The position numbers and the translations under genes are program-made. Shown in pieces: positions 10,378 to 20,649 of a stretch of DNA of 64,000 nt. The first letter of the stretch is position 1. Each line of letters starts with the position of its first letter. The notes beneath the pieces were generated by a model that saw nothing but the letters and a program-made list of their open reading frames with translations, made no database searches and was not told the DNA's origin. Source of the stretch: Escherichia coli (lineage in GTDB: Bacteria > Pseudomonadota > Gammaproteobacteria > Enterobacterales > Enterobacteriaceae); the NCBI RefSeq assembly GCF_024502345.1, contig NZ_JALDNN010000001.1; one strand, written 5' to 3'.

Positions 10378-13300
10378 TTACACCTCCACGCGGCCCAGCA
10401 GATAATGATGATGCTGGTGGACATGGCTGATGATGCGGCACATATCGTTCAGCTCCGGTGGTACGTTGTTAAACTGACCTTCGCTGTCGATGTTTAACAC
10501 CCAGCTTTGGTTATTCAGACGTACTCGTACCCGGCAATCTTCCACAAGGAAGCCTGGGTTGCTGCTGTTATCAAAGTCTTGCGCCAGGCTGAAGACGGTG
10601 ATTTTGTCTTTGTATGGTTTACCGTTCCACGGACAGAACTGAGCGCAGTTGCCGCATTCGTTACAGTAAGCGTCGAGGTGCAGCGTCTGGAATCTATTCT
10701 GGAAGCCAGGGACTGCAATGGAGACGTTGGCGCGGTTCGGGCAGACATCCACGCACTTGCTGCAAACGTAGTTACATTCAAGGCAGCGAGCAGCTTCCTG
10801 CGCGACAAACGCATCACGATCGTCACTGTTCACCAGCGTGATAGAGATATCGCCTTTACGTTGATAGATTTCCGCCGGATTGACGTTGTTCCAGTATTTA
10901 TTGTTCTGGTGGGAACGGATATTTTCCCGACTAAGGATGGCATCGGTCGCCCGACGCGCGGTTCCGACAGCAGCGACAATGGAGGATGGTCCGCGCTGTA
11001 CGTCGCCGATCATAAAGACGTCAGTCAGACGAGTTTCGCCATTATGGTCGACGTCTGGCCAGCCGTTTTTGTCCAGCGGTACGCCCATCGCATTCAGGGC
11101 TTCAGTATCCTGCTGTTCACCGATGGCGGTGATCAGACTGTCTACATGCAGTGTTACTGTTTCGTTGGTTTCAACCGGACGGCGACGACCTTTCTCATCG
11201 GGTTCGCCAAGCGACATAACGCGCAAGGTTAAGGTGCCATCAGCATCGAAACATTCCGGATTATTCAGGAAACGGAACTCCACGCCGTCGTGCAACGCTT
11301 CTTCATACTCTTCGCGCCATGCGGGCATCTCTTGCAGTGAACGACGGTAAACGATCGTTGCTTTTTCTACGCCTGGAACGCGTAACGCCGCACGAGCGCA
11401 GTCCATTGCGGTGTTACCCGCCCCGACAACGACCACATGTTTGCCCAGCTTGAGCGCTGTACCCTTGTTGTATTCACGCAGGAAGGGGAGTGATTTCCAG
11501 ACATTTTGGTTGTCGCCCGCCAGTTTCACACCGCTATTTTTATCAGTGCCGGTGGCAATCAGAACATAGTGGAAGCCCTGATTTTTTAACTGTTCAACGG
11601 TCAAATCGGGTGAGCAGCCATACTCAAATTTCACGCCGTGAGCGGCAACAAAATCGATATCGTGCTGAATTAACTCTGCAGGAATACGGAACTGAGGGAT
11701 GATATTTTTCACCACGCCGCCCGCATTGGCTTCGCGTTCAAACAGCGTAACCGGATGGCCCGCTCTGGCAAGGAAGTAACCTGCAGCCAGACCCGCCGGA
11801 CCTGCACCAATCACTGCAACCGGATGGCGTGAACCAGAACCGGCTGGTTTGTGCCAGCGTTGCTTATATTCATCCCAACCTTTTTCCAGCGCGACTTTTT
11901 TCAGTTCGCGGATATTCAGTGCACTGTCGTAATCCAGGCGGGTACAGTTGTATTGGCACTGGTGATCGCAAATATGACCGGTAATGGCGGGCAGGGCGTT
12001 GCGTTGGTAGATAAGTTCCAGCGCGTCGGCATAGCGGTGTTCGCCAAGCAGACGGATGTATTCCGGAATATCTTGCTTGATCGCGCAGGCAGTAACACAG
12101 GGGGCAACGTAGCAGTCGGTCAGCGGCAGGTCTTCTGCCACTTCAATACGCTCTTCTGGCTTCCAGTGTTTCTGGGTGTATTCCATGGTTAGCGCGTCTG
12201 CTGCCAGTCTGTTCAGTCGTTCGACGTCAACATGGTCAAGTCCCCAGGCGTCGGAGCCTTCCAGCTCGCGCATGCAGGCACTTAAACGCAGATAGCCACC
12301 AGGTTTCAGCAGGTCGGTTGCCATAGTAATAGGGCGAATACCTGTATCAAAAATATCGCGGATAGTCAGCTGACTGGCACCACCGGAATAAGAAATGGGC
12401 AGTTTGCCGTCAAAGGCGCGAGAGAGAACTGCTGCAACATTGATGGAGAGCGGGAACAGCGCACGGCCTGACATATACATCTCTTCACCAGGCAGTGCGC
12501 CTTTATTGTTGATGGTGCCGAGAGTGTTAGTCAGTTTTACGCCAAAGCCGAGTGATTTTTCTTTTGCCAGTGCCATCAGGCGTTCCAGCATTTCCAGTGC
12601 TTGCGTCAGCTTGAGGTCGTGATCAAATGACTCTTCTTTTAAGCCTATGTAACCGAAACCGCAGACATCGAGGATCTCACGAACACGCGCGTACCCCAGT
12701 AAGGTCGGGTTGAGTTTCACAAAGGTGTTGAGCCCTTTTTCTTCCAGCATGTAGCGGCAAATGGCTTCGATTTCATGCGGAGGACAGCCGTGCATGGTGG
12801 AGAGGGTGACGCCCTGCACCATACTGGTGGGGATGCGAGCGGGTAAGGCTTGCAAGCTTTCGCGTTTTTCCTGCAATCCGTGGCGGGCTAAAAATGCGTC
12901 ATCCTGGAGTAATTTATTCAGCGTATCGCGATATTGCGCGAATTTCGGATGGTCAGATGCGTCCATCATATTGTCGATGAACTGTTGCATCGGCGGTTGC
13001 TTAATACCTTCAAGGTTGTAACCGACGCTCATATTAAAGATGAACGATTTACCGGAATCAGAAGGCTGGAACATCGCTTCGAGAAGGTGCAGGGCAAACC
13101 AGGCTTTGAGGTATTCATCCCAGGCTTTAAGCAGGGTAAATTCGGTAGACCATTCGGTGTTAAAGCACTCGTCTTCGGCATCGATACAGGGCTTTTCCAG
13201 CTCCAGGCGGTCAAGAATTTGGACGGTTTTTAGTTCGATGAAGCGTCCGCCAGTCAGCCAGGAAGTGACAATATTTTGCGCGAGCTGCGTGTGCGGGCCA

Positions 13301-13476
13301 GCGGCAGGGCCGACGGGAGTGGCACAGGTTTCACCGAAGACGCTAACAGTTTTACCTTTTACAGGTGAGTAAAACTGTTGCTCGGGAATACCAAAGATTG
13401 AGCGTTGTTGTTGGTATTCATCAAATATGCGCGTCAAAAGTTCCTCAAACGGAATGGGACGCATAATATCCCCCAT
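10378..13476 (-). CDS. ygfK: large Fe-S/FAD oxidoreductase (GltD-like domain fused to a dihydropyrimidine dehydrogenase-like domain)
   Basis: 1032 aa ORF; nucleotide-binding GAGPAG motif and C-terminal cysteine clusters; stop immediately precedes ssnA. Confidence 0.85.
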   Translation of the reverse strand: MGDIMRPIPFEELLTRIFDEYQQQRSIFGIPEQQFYSPVKGKTVSVFGETCATPVGPAAGPHTQLAQNIVTSWLTGGRFIELKTVQILDRLELEKPCIDAEDECFNTEWSTEFTLLKAWDEYLKAWFALHLLEAMFQPSDSGKSFIFNMSVGYNLEGIKQPPMQQFIDNMMDASDHPKFAQYRDTLNKLLQDDAFLARHGLQEKRESLQALPARIPTSMVQGVTLSTMHGCPPHEIEAICRYMLEEKGLNTFVKLNPTLLGYARVREILDVCGFGYIGLKEESFDHDLKLTQALEMLERLMALAKEKSLGFGVKLTNTLGTINNKGALPGEEMYMSGRALFPLSINVAAVLSRAFDGKLPISYSGGASQLTIRDIFDTGIRPITMATDLLKPGGYLRLSACMRELEGSDAWGLDHVDVERLNRLAADALTMEYTQKHWKPEERIEVAEDLPLTDCYVAPCVTACAIKQDIPEYIRLLGEHRYADALELIYQRNALPAITGHICDHQCQYNCTRLDYDSALNIRELKKVALEKGWDEYKQRWHKPAGSGSRHPVAVIGAGPAGLAAGYFLARAGHPVTLFEREANAGGVVKNIIPQFRIPAELIQHDIDFVAAHGVKFEYGCSPDLTVEQLKNQGFHYVLIATGTDKNSGVKLAGDNQNVWKSLPFLREYNKGTALKLGKHVVVVGAGNTAMDCARAALRVPGVEKATIVYRRSLQEMPAWREEYEEALHDGVEFRFLNNPECFDADGTLTLRVMSLGEPDEKGRRRPVETNETVTLHVDSLITAIGEQQDTEALNAMGVPLDKNGWPDVDHNGETRLTDVFMIGDVQRGPSSIVAAVGTARRATDAILSRENIRSHQNNKYWNNVNPAEIYQRKGDISITLVNSDDRDAFVAQEAARCLECNYVCSKCVDVCPNRANVSIAVPGFQNRFQTLHLDAYCNECGNCAQFCPWNGKPYKDKITVFSLAQDFDNSSNPGFLVEDCRVRVRLNNQSWVLNIDSEGQFNNVPPELNDMCRIISHVHQHHHYLLGRVEV

Positions 13477-13558
13477 AACCCTCTCCTTAGCTTATACAGA
13501 TATCATTGAGTGACCGGTGTTGAGAAATCCGGTGGTTTAGGGGGATAGAGCAACAATC

Positions 13559-13574
13559 GCACCACTCTTGCCAG
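13559..13574 (-). promoter_or_regulatory. candidate sigma-54 (-24/-12) promoter upstream of ygfK
   Basis: minus-strand sequence CTGGCAAGAGTGGTGC: GG and GC dinucleotides at the canonical 10-nt spacing; about 85 bp upstream of the ygfK start. Confidence 0.3.
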
Positions 13575-13797
13575 GTTTGGCGGGAAATATAAAAAAATGT
13601 GAGGCGGCTCGAAACTTAAGGGCTTTTTGTGAATGAACTCACAGGTGCTAAATGAGAATTAAAATCACTCCTGAAAATTATTATTGCCAGCCCATTTATC
13701 ACTTTTTCTCTTTTCTCAAAATCAGTGATTCCTTATCATTATGATAAAGAGTGCCGGAAGGATTAAATATTTGAACGCAATCGTTTAACTACGTTTT

Positions 13798-14376
13798 CTA
13801 AATTTCTGTATACCTTTTCTTCGCTGTAATAAAGTCGTCCGGAGTATCAATATCTAAAATTATTTCTGCATTTTCTATTTCGACGGAATAATGATCTCCC
13901 ATAAGGAGTGCCTGACGCATATTGGTGACATTGGGTCGCTGGATTGCCTGCATCAGGCATGGTTTTGACACTAAAATCGGATGGCCGGGGATGCCATTAT
14001 GGAGTGGCAGTATTGCGCCATCATTTCGTAACGACCAGATTTTTCTAAAAATATCGATGGTGAGGGTTGGCATGTCACCGTGGGTGAGAAAACAATGTTC
14101 TGTTTGCACCGCGGGTACTGCGGCCTTTACTGATGTTAGTAAACCCTGCGCATAATCTGGGTTGTGGATAATAGTGATATTGCTCTGGTTCGCATAACGT
14201 TCGTGCAGTTCATTACCACGATAGCCGGTGACTAAAATAATTCGGCTACAAAACTGCAACGCATTTTTGATACTTGTATCAAGAATTGTTCCCTGTTGCC
14301 AGGGTAACATCATTTTCCATTGCCCCATTCTTGATGATAATCCGGCAGCGGTAATTATACAGTCGATGGCTGACAT
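13798..14376 (-). CDS. mocA: molybdenum cofactor cytidylyltransferase
   Basis: 192 aa ORF; MobA-like nucleotidyltransferase N-terminus (IITAAGLSSRMG). Confidence 0.8.
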   Translation of the reverse strand: MSAIDCIITAAGLSSRMGQWKMMLPWQQGTILDTSIKNALQFCSRIILVTGYRGNELHERYANQSNITIIHNPDYAQGLLTSVKAAVPAVQTEHCFLTHGDMPTLTIDIFRKIWSLRNDGAILPLHNGIPGHPILVSKPCLMQAIQRPNVTNMRQALLMGDHYSVEIENAEIILDIDTPDDFITAKKRYTEI

Positions 14377-14478
14377 AGTGGTTCCATTATTTATAGGGGC
14401 TAATAACGCCTGATAATTGCGTTACTTCCTGATGCATTAAGTTGGGGATAATTTATCCCAGAGAGGTCATAAAGACTC

Positions 14479-15249
14479 GTGAAAAGTATAGTTGACCCAT
14501 CGGCATTAGTCATTGATTTAGGCGCGCAGAAACGTCCCACTGTGATTTCTGTTGTTGGTGCTGGGGGGAAAACCAGCTTGCTTTTTTGGCTGGCAGAACT
14601 GCTCCAGGCTAGCGGCAGGCGTGTGTTAATCACGACGACAACACATATGTTTATGCCAACGTCTCACTGGCCCGTGGTTTTCTGTCGTGATCCCGCCATG
14701 CTTCCTCATGCGTCTCTTACATCCCCCATTTCATTTTGTTTTCACAGCTGGAAAGCGAACCAGGGAAAAGTGCAGGGATTTACGCCAGAAGCGATTGATG
14801 CACTGGTGCAACGACCAGAGTGTGACGTAATTCTCATTGAAGCAGATGGCTCGCGTGGAATGCCGTTAAAAGCGCCTGATGAGCACGAACCTTGCATACC
14901 CAAAAGCAGTTGCTGCGTGATTGCTGTGATGGGAGGACATACTTTGGGCGCGAAAGTGAGCACAGAAAATGTCCATCGCTGGTCGCAGTTTGCTGATATT
15001 ACCGTGTTAACACCTGATGCAACCTTGCAACTGAGCGATCTCGTTGCGCTGGTTCGCCACCCTCAGGGGGCGTTTAAAAACGTACCGCAAGGTTGTCGGC
15101 GAGTCTGGTTCATTAACCGTTTTTCTCAATGTGAGAATGCGATTGCACAAAGCGAGCTCCTTCAACCGCTGCAACAACACGACGTAGAGGCAATCTGGCT
15201 GGGCGATATACAAGAACATCCTGCAATCGCGCGCAGATTTGTGAATTAG
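14479..15249 (+). CDS. yqeC: uncharacterized protein with P-loop-like N-terminus, possible selenium/molybdenum cofactor accessory factor
   Basis: 256 aa ORF with Walker-A-like motif (VVGAGGKTSL); divergent from mocA. Confidence 0.7.
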   Translation: MKSIVDPSALVIDLGAQKRPTVISVVGAGGKTSLLFWLAELLQASGRRVLITTTTHMFMPTSHWPVVFCRDPAMLPHASLTSPISFCFHSWKANQGKVQGFTPEAIDALVQRPECDVILIEADGSRGMPLKAPDEHEPCIPKSSCCVIAVMGGHTLGAKVSTENVHRWSQFADITVLTPDATLQLSDLVALVRHPQGAFKNVPQGCRRVWFINRFSQCENAIAQSELLQPLQQHDVEAIWLGDIQEHPAIARRFVN

Positions 15250-15296
15250 CGGCCCGGGTATTCCGGGTTACTGAAAGGATATCCATTGAGGTTGGT

Positions 15297-16922
15297 ATGA
15301 ATATTTTCACAGAGGCTGCAAAACTCGAAGAGCAAAATTGTCCGTTTGCGATGGCGCAAATTGTTGATAGCCGAGGCTCGACTCCCCGCCATTCTGCACA
15401 AATGTTAGTGCGCGCCGATGGTTCTATCGTCGGTACAATTGGTGGCGGAATGGTTGAGCGGAAGGTGATTGAAGAGTCACTTCAGGCATTGCAGGAACGT
15501 AAGCCGCGATTATTCCATGGACGTATGGCTCGTAACGGTGCGGATGCTGTCGGGTCAGATTGTGGAGGTGCAATGTCAGTATTTATCAGCGTCCATGGTA
15601 TGCGTCCACGTCTGGTGTTGATTGGCGCGGGGCATGTCAACCGGGCGATAGCCCAGAGTGCGGCGCTATTAGGATTTGATATTGCCGTTGCCGATATTTA
15701 TCGCGAAAGCCTCAATCCTGAACTATTCCCTCCATCAACCACGCTTCTCCATGCTGAGTCGTTTGGTGCAGCAGTGGAAGCACTGGATATTCGCCCTGAT
15801 AATTTTGTCCTGATTGCCACGAATAATCAGGATCGTGAAGCCCTCGACAAACTCATTGAACAGCCCATTGCATGGTTGGGGTTGCTGGCAAGTCGCCGCA
15901 AGGTTCAGCTTTTCCTGCGTCAATTGCGTGAGAAAGGCGTGGCTGAAGAACATATTGCCCGTTTACATGCGCCCGTTGGTTACAACATAGGTGCGGAAAC
16001 GCCGCAGGAGATCGCCATCAGCGTGCTGGCAGAAATATTACAGGTGAAAAATAACGCGCCGGGTGGGCTGATGATGAAACCTTCTCATCCTTCCGGACAC
16101 CAGCTGGTGGTGATTCGCGGTGCGGGAGATATCGCCAGTGGTGTGGCGCTACGTCTGTATCATGCGGGTTTTAAAGTGATCATGCTGGAAGTGGAAAAAC
16201 CGACAGTGATTCGTTGTACCGTGGCGTTTGCCCAGGCCGTGTTCGATGGCGAAATGACGGTCGAAGGCGTCACTGCTCGCCTGGCAACCAGCTCTGCGGA
16301 AGCGATGAAACTTACCGAACGCGGATTCATCCCTGTGATGGTAGATCCCGCCTGTTCATTGCTTGATGAACTGAAACCGCTTTGCGTGGTGGACGCTATT
16401 CTGGCGAAACAGAATTTGGGAACGCGGGCAGATATGGCACCAGTAACAATCGCGCTTGGGCCGGGCTTTACTGCAGGGAAGGATTGTCATGCGGTAATTG
16501 AAACAAATCGCGGGCACTGGCTCGGTCAGGTGATTTACTCTGGTTGTGCGCAGGAGAATACCGGTGTTCCTGGCAATATTATGGGGCATACCACCCGACG
16601 GGTGATCCGTGCTCCTGCTGCAGGCATTATGCGATCCAACGTGAAATTAGGCGATCTGGTGAAAGAGGGCGATGTGATTGCCTGGATTGGTGAGCATGAA
16701 ATTAAAGCACCGTTGACGGGGATGGTGCGTGGCTTGTTGAACGACGGCCTGGCAGTGGTCGGTGGTTTTAAAATTGGTGATATCGATCCTCGTGGTGAAA
16801 CGGCTGATTTCACCAGTGTTTCTGATAAAGCCCGGGCGATTGGCGGCGGCGTACTTGAGGCGTTAATGATGTTGATGCATCAGGGCGTGAAAGCGACAAA
16901 AGAAGTGCTGGAAGTGGCTTAA
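15297..16922 (+). CDS. yqeB: XdhC/CoxI-family molybdenum hydroxylase accessory protein
   Basis: 541 aa ORF; XdhC-CoxI family-like N-terminus and Rossmann-like region. Confidence 0.8.
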   Translation: MNIFTEAAKLEEQNCPFAMAQIVDSRGSTPRHSAQMLVRADGSIVGTIGGGMVERKVIEESLQALQERKPRLFHGRMARNGADAVGSDCGGAMSVFISVHGMRPRLVLIGAGHVNRAIAQSAALLGFDIAVADIYRESLNPELFPPSTTLLHAESFGAAVEALDIRPDNFVLIATNNQDREALDKLIEQPIAWLGLLASRRKVQLFLRQLREKGVAEEHIARLHAPVGYNIGAETPQEIAISVLAEILQVKNNAPGGLMMKPSHPSGHQLVVIRGAGDIASGVALRLYHAGFKVIMLEVEKPTVIRCTVAFAQAVFDGEMTVEGVTARLATSSAEAMKLTERGFIPVMVDPACSLLDELKPLCVVDAILAKQNLGTRADMAPVTIALGPGFTAGKDCHAVIETNRGHWLGQVIYSGCAQENTGVPGNIMGHTTRRVIRAPAAGIMRSNVKLGDLVKEGDVIAWIGEHEIKAPLTGMVRGLLNDGLAVVGGFKIGDIDPRGETADFTSVSDKARAIGGGVLEALMMLMHQGVKATKEVLEVA

Positions 16923-16962
16923 ATGAAAATGGCCGGATGGTATTACCCCCCCGGCCTTAAAA

Positions 16963-17895
16963 TTACTGACAAATCACCGTTCCGGTTTTGCCTTCAATCC
17001 CTTCTTTCGCTTTGCTCAATACGGTAATCAGTGCTTCACGACCTGCGCGAGAGCGAGCAAACGAGGCGGCAGCTTCCACTTTAGGCAGCATAGAACCTTT
17101 CGCAAAATGACCTTCTTCGATAAAGCGTTCAGCATCACTTAATGACAGGCGATCGAGCCACTGTTCATTCTCTTTACCGAAGTTAATGGCCACTTTTTCT
17201 ACCGCAGTCAGAATGATCAGCATATCGGCATCAATCATTTCTGCTAAACGGGCGCTGGCCCAGTCTTTATCGATAACCGCGCTGGCACCACGCAGATGGT
17301 TACCTTCACGAATAACAGGAATACCACCACCGCCAACGGTGATCACCACCTGGCCTGCATCTACCAGAGCTTTAACCGTTTCTTTTTCAATAATATCAAC
17401 CGGTTTTGGCGAGGCAACAACACGGCGATAGCCGCGACCAGCATCTTCTTTCAGAGTGTAACCCTGTTTTGTCAGTTGCTCTGCTTCTTGCTCGGTAAAG
17501 AACGAACCGATCGGCTTGGTCGGGTTGAGGAATGCCGGATCGTTAGCGTCGACTTCGACCTGAGTAACCAGCGTTGCTACCGGTTTATTAATGCCCCGAG
17601 AAAGCAGTTCTTCTCTTAAGGCGTTTTGTAGATCGTAACCAATATAACCCTGGCTTAAGGCAACGCAGACAGACATCGGCAGCATTGGCGAGTGCGCTTC
17701 AGTTTTTGCAGCAGCTTCAAAGGCCTGGTTAATCATGCCCACCTGCGGCCCGTTACCATGAGTGACGATAACTTCATGTCCTTGGGCAATTAAATCAACA
17801 ATTGCCTGAGAAGTAATTTTTACCGCTTTCATTTGTCCGGCCAGGTCATCGCCCAGCGCATTCCCGCCCAGGGCGAGAACAATTTTCTTACTCAT
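16963..17895 (-). CDS. yqeA: carbamate kinase-like protein
   Basis: 310 aa ORF with the amino-acid kinase fold N-terminus (KIVLALGGNALG). Confidence 0.8.
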   Translation of the reverse strand: MSKKIVLALGGNALGDDLAGQMKAVKITSQAIVDLIAQGHEVIVTHGNGPQVGMINQAFEAAAKTEAHSPMLPMSVCVALSQGYIGYDLQNALREELLSRGINKPVATLVTQVEVDANDPAFLNPTKPIGSFFTEQEAEQLTKQGYTLKEDAGRGYRRVVASPKPVDIIEKETVKALVDAGQVVITVGGGGIPVIREGNHLRGASAVIDKDWASARLAEMIDADMLIILTAVEKVAINFGKENEQWLDRLSLSDAERFIEEGHFAKGSMLPKVEAAASFARSRAGREALITVLSKAKEGIEGKTGTVICQ

Positions 17896-17942
17896 TTTTC
17901 CTCACTCATCATTCTTGATTGTGTATAGATCCCTGACAGTGG

Positions 17943-19328
17943 TTAGAGCACGGGAGGGACAAACGGTTTGCGTCGCAGGAAACGACCTCGCCCGGCTTTG
18001 CCTGTAAAGGTGCCGTCACAGAAAATCGTTTCACCACGGGATAAGGTTCTGACAATCGCGCCCTGACAGGTAAAACCCTCCCATGGCGAGTAGTCGGCGT
18101 TGTCGTGGAGATGGCGATGCTGAATTTGTTGGCTCTGACGTGGGTCGATAATCACCACGTCGCCATCGGAACCGGGCGCTAATAATCCTTTTTGCGGCCA
18201 CAGGCCAAACAGCCTGGCGGGCATTGCGCTGGTTAATTCAACAAAGCGTTCCGGTGTTATACGTCCCGTCATCACGCCACTGGAAAACAGTAACTGCATG
18301 CGGTTTTCCACACCGGGTAAGCCATTTGGGCAGCGACTGAAATCGCCTTTAGAAATTTGCAGGCGTTGAGCCATCGAGAAGGTGCAGTGATCGGTCGCCA
18401 CCACGTCAATCGCACCATCGCTGATGCCACACCACAGTTTGTCCTGCTCGCGTACGTTACGCAGCGGTGGGCTAAGAATGAACTTCATGCCATCTTCTGT
18501 ATCGTAACTGCGTTCGTCCAACAGGAGATATTGTGGGCAGGTTTCAACCCAGACTGGCTGGTGATTCGCACGGGCAAGACGCAGATAATCCAGACCTAAG
18601 CCGTTAGACAGGTGCACGATATAGAGCGGGGCGTTACCGGCAATTTGTGCCAGGTTAATCATGCGGGCGATGGCTTCCGCTTCGCATTCCAGAGGGCGAC
18701 TCAAGGCATGATAGCGCGGCGCGGTTAACCCTGCGGCGATAAATTCCGCCCGCTTGCTGGCGATAGCCGCATCATTTTCCGGGTGCACGGTGGTCAGCGC
18801 GCCGGATTCATGCAGACGGCGTAATGCCTGCAAAACCTCGTCATCGTTGAGTTTGTATTGATAGGTTAAATAGAGTTTAAAACTGCTCAGTCCTTCCTCG
18901 ACCATCATCGGGATTTCGTCGAGGATTGCGTGATTAATGTGCTGGATCACACCGTGAAAGCTGTAATCGATGACCGCTTTATGGGCGGCATAACCACGAT
19001 AAACCTCCAGTTGATGGCGTAACCGACAGCCGTTTGGGCCAAATCCCATATGGTCAATAATGGTTGTTGTACCGCCACACGCAGCTGCGCGGGTACCGGT
19101 AAAAAAATCATCACAACTGCGCGCGATGCCGACATCAATATTGAAATGCGTATGGACATCCACGCCGCCAGGGAAAACGTAACAGCCAGTGGCATCAATT
19201 TCTTCATACGGGAGCTGCGGCGAAATATTGTTGCCCAACTGGCGAACAATCCCGCTTTCAATCAGCAAATCCTGTTTGGCTTGTCCATCTGCGTTAACGA
19301 CAGTGCCGTTTTTGATCAATACGCGCAT
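17943..19328 (-). CDS. hyuA: D-phenylhydantoinase / dihydropyrimidinase-like cyclic amidohydrolase
   Basis: ORF 17943..19340 trimmed to MRVLIKNGTVVNADG...; 461 aa; metal-binding HxH (VDVHTHF). Confidence 0.85.
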   Translation of the reverse strand: MRVLIKNGTVVNADGQAKQDLLIESGIVRQLGNNISPQLPYEEIDATGCYVFPGGVDVHTHFNIDVGIARSCDDFFTGTRAAACGGTTTIIDHMGFGPNGCRLRHQLEVYRGYAAHKAVIDYSFHGVIQHINHAILDEIPMMVEEGLSSFKLYLTYQYKLNDDEVLQALRRLHESGALTTVHPENDAAIASKRAEFIAAGLTAPRYHALSRPLECEAEAIARMINLAQIAGNAPLYIVHLSNGLGLDYLRLARANHQPVWVETCPQYLLLDERSYDTEDGMKFILSPPLRNVREQDKLWCGISDGAIDVVATDHCTFSMAQRLQISKGDFSRCPNGLPGVENRMQLLFSSGVMTGRITPERFVELTSAMPARLFGLWPQKGLLAPGSDGDVVIIDPRQSQQIQHRHLHDNADYSPWEGFTCQGAIVRTLSRGETIFCDGTFTGKAGRGRFLRRKPFVPPVL

Positions 19329-19380
19329 AGCAAACTCCAAAAACCCTCCGGCGAACCGGAGGGGAATAAGTGAAGAGTAA

Positions 19381-20592
19381 TTACTCTGTTGCCAGCCAGC
19401 TTAACGGGATTGCAGCGTACATCGCGGCACAGGTCACCAGGTGAGATTTCCAGGTTTTTTCGTTAGGTGCATGCGCTTCAGGTTCTTTACCCGGGCCAAA
19501 GCCGATCACCGGAATGCCGTGACGGCCCATGATAGATACGCCGTTAGTTGAGAAGGTCCACTTATCAACAACCGGCGCTTTGCCAAACAGCCCTTCGTAG
19601 GCATTCACCAGTGCTTTAACGGTGAAGTGATCTTCTTCCACTTTCCAGGTCGGGAAGTAGCATTCGGTTGGGTAAACCAGGCCAGTCCAGGACGGACGGT
19701 CGTAGTTGTACATAGAAACAACCGCGTTAGCTTTCTGTACTGCAGGCAGGGCGCGGATTTCGTCCAGCGCGCCTTCCCAGGTTTCGCCCCAGGTCAGACG
19801 GCGGTCAATAGAGACGGCGCAGCTATCTGCTACAGCGCAACGGCTTGGGGATGTGAAGAAGATTTCAGAAACGGTGAGGGTGCCTTTGCCGAGGAATTCG
19901 TCATAACCCAGACGTTGGGAGAGTTCTTGTAATTCGCCAAGAATCGGACCCATTTTGAAAATGGCGTTGTCACCGCGTTCTGGCGCAGAACCGTGGCAGC
20001 TAACACCCTGAACATCAATACGAATTTCCATACGACCGCGCTGACCACGGTATACCTGGCAGTCGGTTGGTTCGGTACTGACCACAAATTCCGGGCGAAT
20101 GCCGGATTGTTCAATAATGTACTGCCAGCACAGACCGTCGCAGTCTTCTTCCTGCACAGTACCGGTAACCAGCAGGGTATATTCATCTTCCAGACCGAGG
20201 TCTTTAATGATTTTACCGGCATAAACCATAGATGCCATGCCGCCTTCCTGGTCGGAAGTACCGCGACCACCGATCAGCTCATCAGTTTCCATGCCTTCGT
20301 ACGGATCGAAGTCCCAGTTTTTGATGTTGCCAATGCCGACGGTATCGATATGAGCGTCCATTGCCACCAGACGCGGGCCGTGGCCGATATAACCGAGAAC
20401 GTTACCCATCGGGTCGATTTCAACTTTATCGAAGCCGACTTTTTCCATCTCTTCTTTAATACGATGTACTACGCGTTTCTCGTCGCAGCTTTCACTGGGA
20501 ATAGCAACCATGTCGCGCAGGAAGCGAGTCATATCCGCCTGGTAATCTTTTGCTTTTTCAAGAATCAGTTTGAATGGAATATTCTTAGCCAT
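19381..20592 (-). CDS. ygeY: M20-family peptidase / amidohydrolase
   Basis: 403 aa ORF; ArgE/DapE-like metallopeptidase motifs. Confidence 0.8.
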
Positions 20593-20649
20593 TATTTTTC
20601 TCCAGATTTTTTACTCCCCGTTTTGCAGGGAGCAGTTCCAATAGGGTGA

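Noticed and set aside
10507-11232. Antisense or embedded ORFs inside large genes (for example 10507..11232 in ygfK, 19993..20649 in ygeY, 44012..44434 in aas, 635..1126 in ygfS, 58782..59294 in recC)
   Set aside because: They lie entirely within well-supported genes on the opposite strand or in another frame, have low-complexity, Arg/Ser-rich translations typical of GC-rich antisense frames, and have no start-site support.
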